From Macrostomum lignano (lineage: Eukaryota), in the NCBI GenBank assembly GCA_002269645.1, contig NIVC01000532.1:62001-126000 (forward strand): DNA of 64,000 bases, written 5' to 3'. Positions 60,281 through 64,000 of the stretch are shown here, piece after piece. The notes beneath the pieces were generated by a model, which was not told the origin of the DNA, did not search any database, and saw only the letters and a program-made list of their open reading frames with translations. The position numbers and the translations under genes are program-made. Position 1 is the first letter of the stretch; the number at the start of each line of letters is the position of its first letter.

Positions 60281-63200
60281 ATGTCTGCAGACCCCTTGGA
60301 CAGCGGCGCAGGCGGTGGCAGTGGCGCCCTGCGGATGAACCTGAATCGGCGCCAGCGAATGGAGATTGACCGCGACTGGCGCGACGTCAACTGGCGCGGC
60401 CGAAGCGCAATCATGGCCGATCGGGTTGGCCGAGCGCGCCGCGCAGATCTCATGGCCGACATTGAGCGCAAACTGGCGCCAGGCTACGCGCCGCCAAAGA
60501 AGCCGCGCCAGCTGCCCCCGCAGCAGCCGCAGAAGCCGGGAAATTTGCAGGTGCTTCTGGCAGGTAAACCGGCCGTCTCTCCAAGAAACCTGGCGCCGCA
60601 CCAGCCATCCGCGACAGGTGCTGCGCCATCCGCCGCCGCAAGCATCGCCGCGCTGGCCGAGGCCAATCGGATCTCCCAAGACCCGGTCGACAGCGAAGCC
60701 GCCAGCGACGATGCGGGAGAGAACAGAGACGCCGATATCGGTTCGCCGCCGCCCCTGCAGCAGCCGCGGACCGCCTCGCCGCCGCCGCGTCCTCCAGCGA
60801 TCATCGCCAGCCAGGGCGCCGTCCGCCAGGCGCCGGTGGCCATCAAAGCCGAGCGGCCGCCGCTGCCGCCGCCGACAGCGCAGAAGCAAATTAACAAGAA
60901 GAAGAAGAAGAAATCGCTGGTGTCGAAGTCACTCTCAGCCGTCGATCCGGGCGCAGCCGACGCGGCGGAGATGGAAGCGGCGGAGGGCAAGTCCGAGCAA
61001 GCGCTGTTGGAAGAGGCTCGAACCCTGGCCCAGCTGACTCGCCGGGATCCGGCGCCGCCTCTCCAGTCGCCGGAGGAGGCGACAGCGGCGCCATCAGAGC
61101 CAGCCGCCGATTCTCAGCAGAGGCCGGCCCAGCAGTCCCTGGCTCCGCGCAGCATCAACCAGATTCTGAGCAGCATGCAGGAGACGGGCGGCAGGCTGCC
61201 GCCTACAGCGGCGGATCGCCAGATCGAGCAGCTCATGCGACGGTTCGCCGAACGTCGAGGTGAAGAGTTTCACGGTTTCGAAGACGATCAAGAAGCCGAG
61301 GAGGCGGCCGCTGCTGAGGCGGAGGCGGAGGCCGAGGCCGCTGTAATCACTGAGGCTGAGGCCGCAGCGGCCGCTAAGAGAGAGTCGGAAGAGGCGGCTG
61401 CTGCTGCTGAAACGGCAGGACCAAAGTCGGTGCAGGCTGAGCTGCAGCTGGCCGAACTGATGGAGGTACGGCTCGTATGGCTTTGTCGATTTTCTTTTAA
61501 TTGTGGTAGTACGCGAATCAGGTCCACAGTGGCTTTTGTTCCGCAATTGTTTCTTTGATGACGCCTTAGAGATTACGCCTTTTTAAACTGTAACAACTTT
61601 TGAACCAATCAAGACACAGTCGTGAAACTATATAGAATTAAACAGTAGTTGATGAGAATTTAAGCTGAGCTGAATTGAGCTGAAATACTTGTTACAGTTT
61701 GAAGTTGGACGTATAGTTACTTCTGTCGACCATGTGCATCCTCTTCCAGCCATCCCAAATTCCTAATGTCTTCCTTGACAGGTCTTCCTTTACAAAATTT
61801 GTCTTTATAAAATCGCTTTCAAGCCTTCCTGATTGCCTTAAGACAGGGGTTGGCAAACTTTTTTAACGTAAGTGCCGGATCGATATAAAATCTAGCGCAT
61901 GACTGCGAGCTAGTGAGAGGAGAGGAGAGAAGAGAGAGGCGAGATGGGGGGAGAGATGAGAGAAGGGAGAGGGAAGATGAAGGGAGAGGGGAGATGAGAA
62001 GAGAGAAGAGAAAGGAGAGGAAGATGAGGTAGAGAGGAGAAAGGAGGAGGAGGAGTGGCCCGCGGGCCGGAATCTGCTGACCCTGCCTTGGGATGTTCAT
62101 CCGATCGGCCCCCGATGGTATCCTTATTCAAGCCTTTCTGAACAAAATGTTCACTGCATTCAAGGAAGATAAATGCCTATATTTCTACTAACAGTAGCCT
62201 AAATATACCTTTAACTTTTCATTGTCACATTCTTTTTTAAAAGGAGTCGCGCCAAGCCGATGAACTGACAGATTTGAAGCTCGAGAGCCTGGAAGATCGG
62301 CTCACAACGGCGAGGTCGGCGCTGCGATCTGGTCGATCTGCCTCGACGTCGGCTAGGACGCCTTTCATGACTGATAGAGAGGTGAGTGCATTTTTTTCTT
62401 AATGGACTTGCGAAAATTGTTTTACCAACGGTTAGCGAGACAGGATTCTTGAGTTTTTAATCAGCACAGCATGCTATAATTGCATGTACATGTAAGGTCA
62501 CTATAAGTGCAGCAATCGGTTTGGACTTTTCCGTTGATAGCTGATAGCTGAAAACCAGAGCTCAGTCCCGCCCCCCCTCCGTCGTTGATAGCAAACCCTG
62601 GACTTTGCGCTTTTTCCGTATACAAAATGTACTAATTCGTAACGCCGGAGTGTCAGGCTGATTTCCAATTGTTTGTTAGACCCGTTATCTTTCCTAGACT
62701 AAGGCGGTGTTTATTATAGTTCTTATCAATGCCCGTGCCAGTGCCCCGCTTATCTAATTGAAAACAACTTCGCTTTTTTCAAGCGCAGTGTCCTTGCGAG
62801 ACCCTTAATTAGAATTGTTTAGTGCTAGCTTGATTATATTGTAGAAATTACTTGGGTAGTATAGACGGACAGACCACGCGGGGGCGACATGCCCCTGCCT
62901 GATCACGCTTGAACTGCGTGACGTCTAAAACTGGTTGTCTGAATTGGTAGACTTTTTCAATTTGGTTAGCAGTCGTTTAGTACGTAGTCGTAGGTTATTT
63001 TAGAATCTTAGAATGGGAAAATTTCTCTATTGAATTGGTTTAGGCGCCGTTTTACTAAACATTTGAGCCAGTCAGATGAGTCAAATGTAATGTATTTTTA
63101 TCGCTAGAAATTTTAGTTTACACAGATATGCACAAGAGGATTAATTTTTACAGTGGAAGACTGAGCGTAAGTTTTTTGTAAATTTTACAAGGCTAGGTAG

Positions 63201-63527
63201 GACATTGAAAAATTGACTACAAGAAAGTCATGAAGAATCAGGAGTAGAAGTATACGCAAAATTTTGAATTTAACAAAGGAAAACATACTTCTAACTTGGA
63301 AGTTCAGCTTAAGCAGACCAATGCTCCCTAACCAAGACTGATGCAAGCATTGAATTGTTTATACACGAATATTCCGCGATTTTATCATTACGCAAAACTA
63401 ATTAATCACAGAGGAAGTCAGAATGATTTTCTAAAAATCAATTGGCTTGATTCGCAGTTTGTTTTAAATTGTTATTCAGTCTTCTAATTTCTAGGAAACA
63501 CGCGGAGAATCAAAGATAGAAGAGTAA
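60281..63527 (+). CDS. Protein of unknown function, Pro/Ala/Glu-rich with a Lys run; exons 60281-61465, 62244-62381, 63495-63527 (last tentative)
   Basis: Long GC-rich ORF and phase-0 GT-AG junctions; no family recognised. Confidence 0.7.
61844..62085 (+). mobile_element. hAT-type MITE, intronic copy
   Basis: Left TIR CAGGGGTTGGCAAAC, right end ggcccgcgggccggaatctgctgaccctg, flanks ccttaaga/ccttggga (6 of 8 match). Confidence 0.75.
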
Positions 63528-63622
63528 TACCCGATCCAGATTAGGTGAAGCAAGAGGAAGAAATCAAATCGCTAAATGCAACGCTACAATGAAGAGAAGT
63601 TAAATTTTAAAGTCCGTCTGTT

Positions 63623-63912
63623 TTAAGAGTCGCTAGCTGAACTCATCGAGTAGCTCCGGCAGCCGGCGCGCGACGACGACGCGGCGGACGAAATCGAAGA
63701 GGCCCGACTGCGAGACGAGGCTCGACTAGACGGCGAAGCCGGCGACGAGGAGACCAACCGGCCGATGATTGGCAGGCCGGACAGCAGCATGAGCGGCAGG
63801 CCCAGCAGCAGCAGGCCAGCCAGGGTTTTCATGCTGGGGTTGCTGTTGCTGCTGCTTGCCTTGGATTTGGTGGCCCGTCGAGCATTCGGAGACGCTGACT
63901 GCTGCTGCTGCT
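63623..63912 (-). CDS. Probable terminal exon (Ser-rich, one hydrophobic segment) of a gene extending beyond the window
   Basis: GC-rich open frame after an acceptor-like tttttagcag; frame and identity uncertain. Confidence 0.45.
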
Positions 63913-64000
63913 AAAAAGTAGTGGAAATGAAAAAAAATCCGGATTTTAGTTATAGTTTAGTTTAGTTATAGTTAACTGCTAAATATAGTTTGAAGGCAAA

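Overview
Eukaryotic, intron-rich invertebrate genomic DNA. GC-rich Ala/Gln-rich exons and minisatellite-filled introns suggest a free-living flatworm such as Macrostomum (inference only). Host genes, recognised from remembered family motifs: the 3' part of an ADGRV1/VLGR1 adhesion GPCR, a CD225/dispanin-like gene, DCLRE1A/SNM1A, SMDT1/EMRE, muskelin, beta-tubulin, UFL1, two RPL41 copies missed by the ORF track, two paralogous orphan type I membrane proteins, NOXRED1, an unknown low-complexity gene and a partial terminal exon. The most notable element is an apparently intact two-ORF Penelope-like (Neptune-type) retroelement, antisense in a DCLRE1A intron and flanked on both sides by (TATC)n. 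Its degenerate SGNH-like ORF1 joins the RT/GIY-YIG ORF2 through a candidate -1 ribosomal frameshift signal (A AAA AAC, 8-nt spacer, 11-bp hairpin), and it has a minimal hammerhead ribozyme in the 3' UTR. Also present: a decayed Polinton/adintovirus-like fragment in a UFL1 intron, two CORE-type tRNA-derived SINE copies, three hAT-type MITE copies, nested inverted repeats in an AT-rich block and many tandem repeats. Exon boundaries were read by eye and are predictions.
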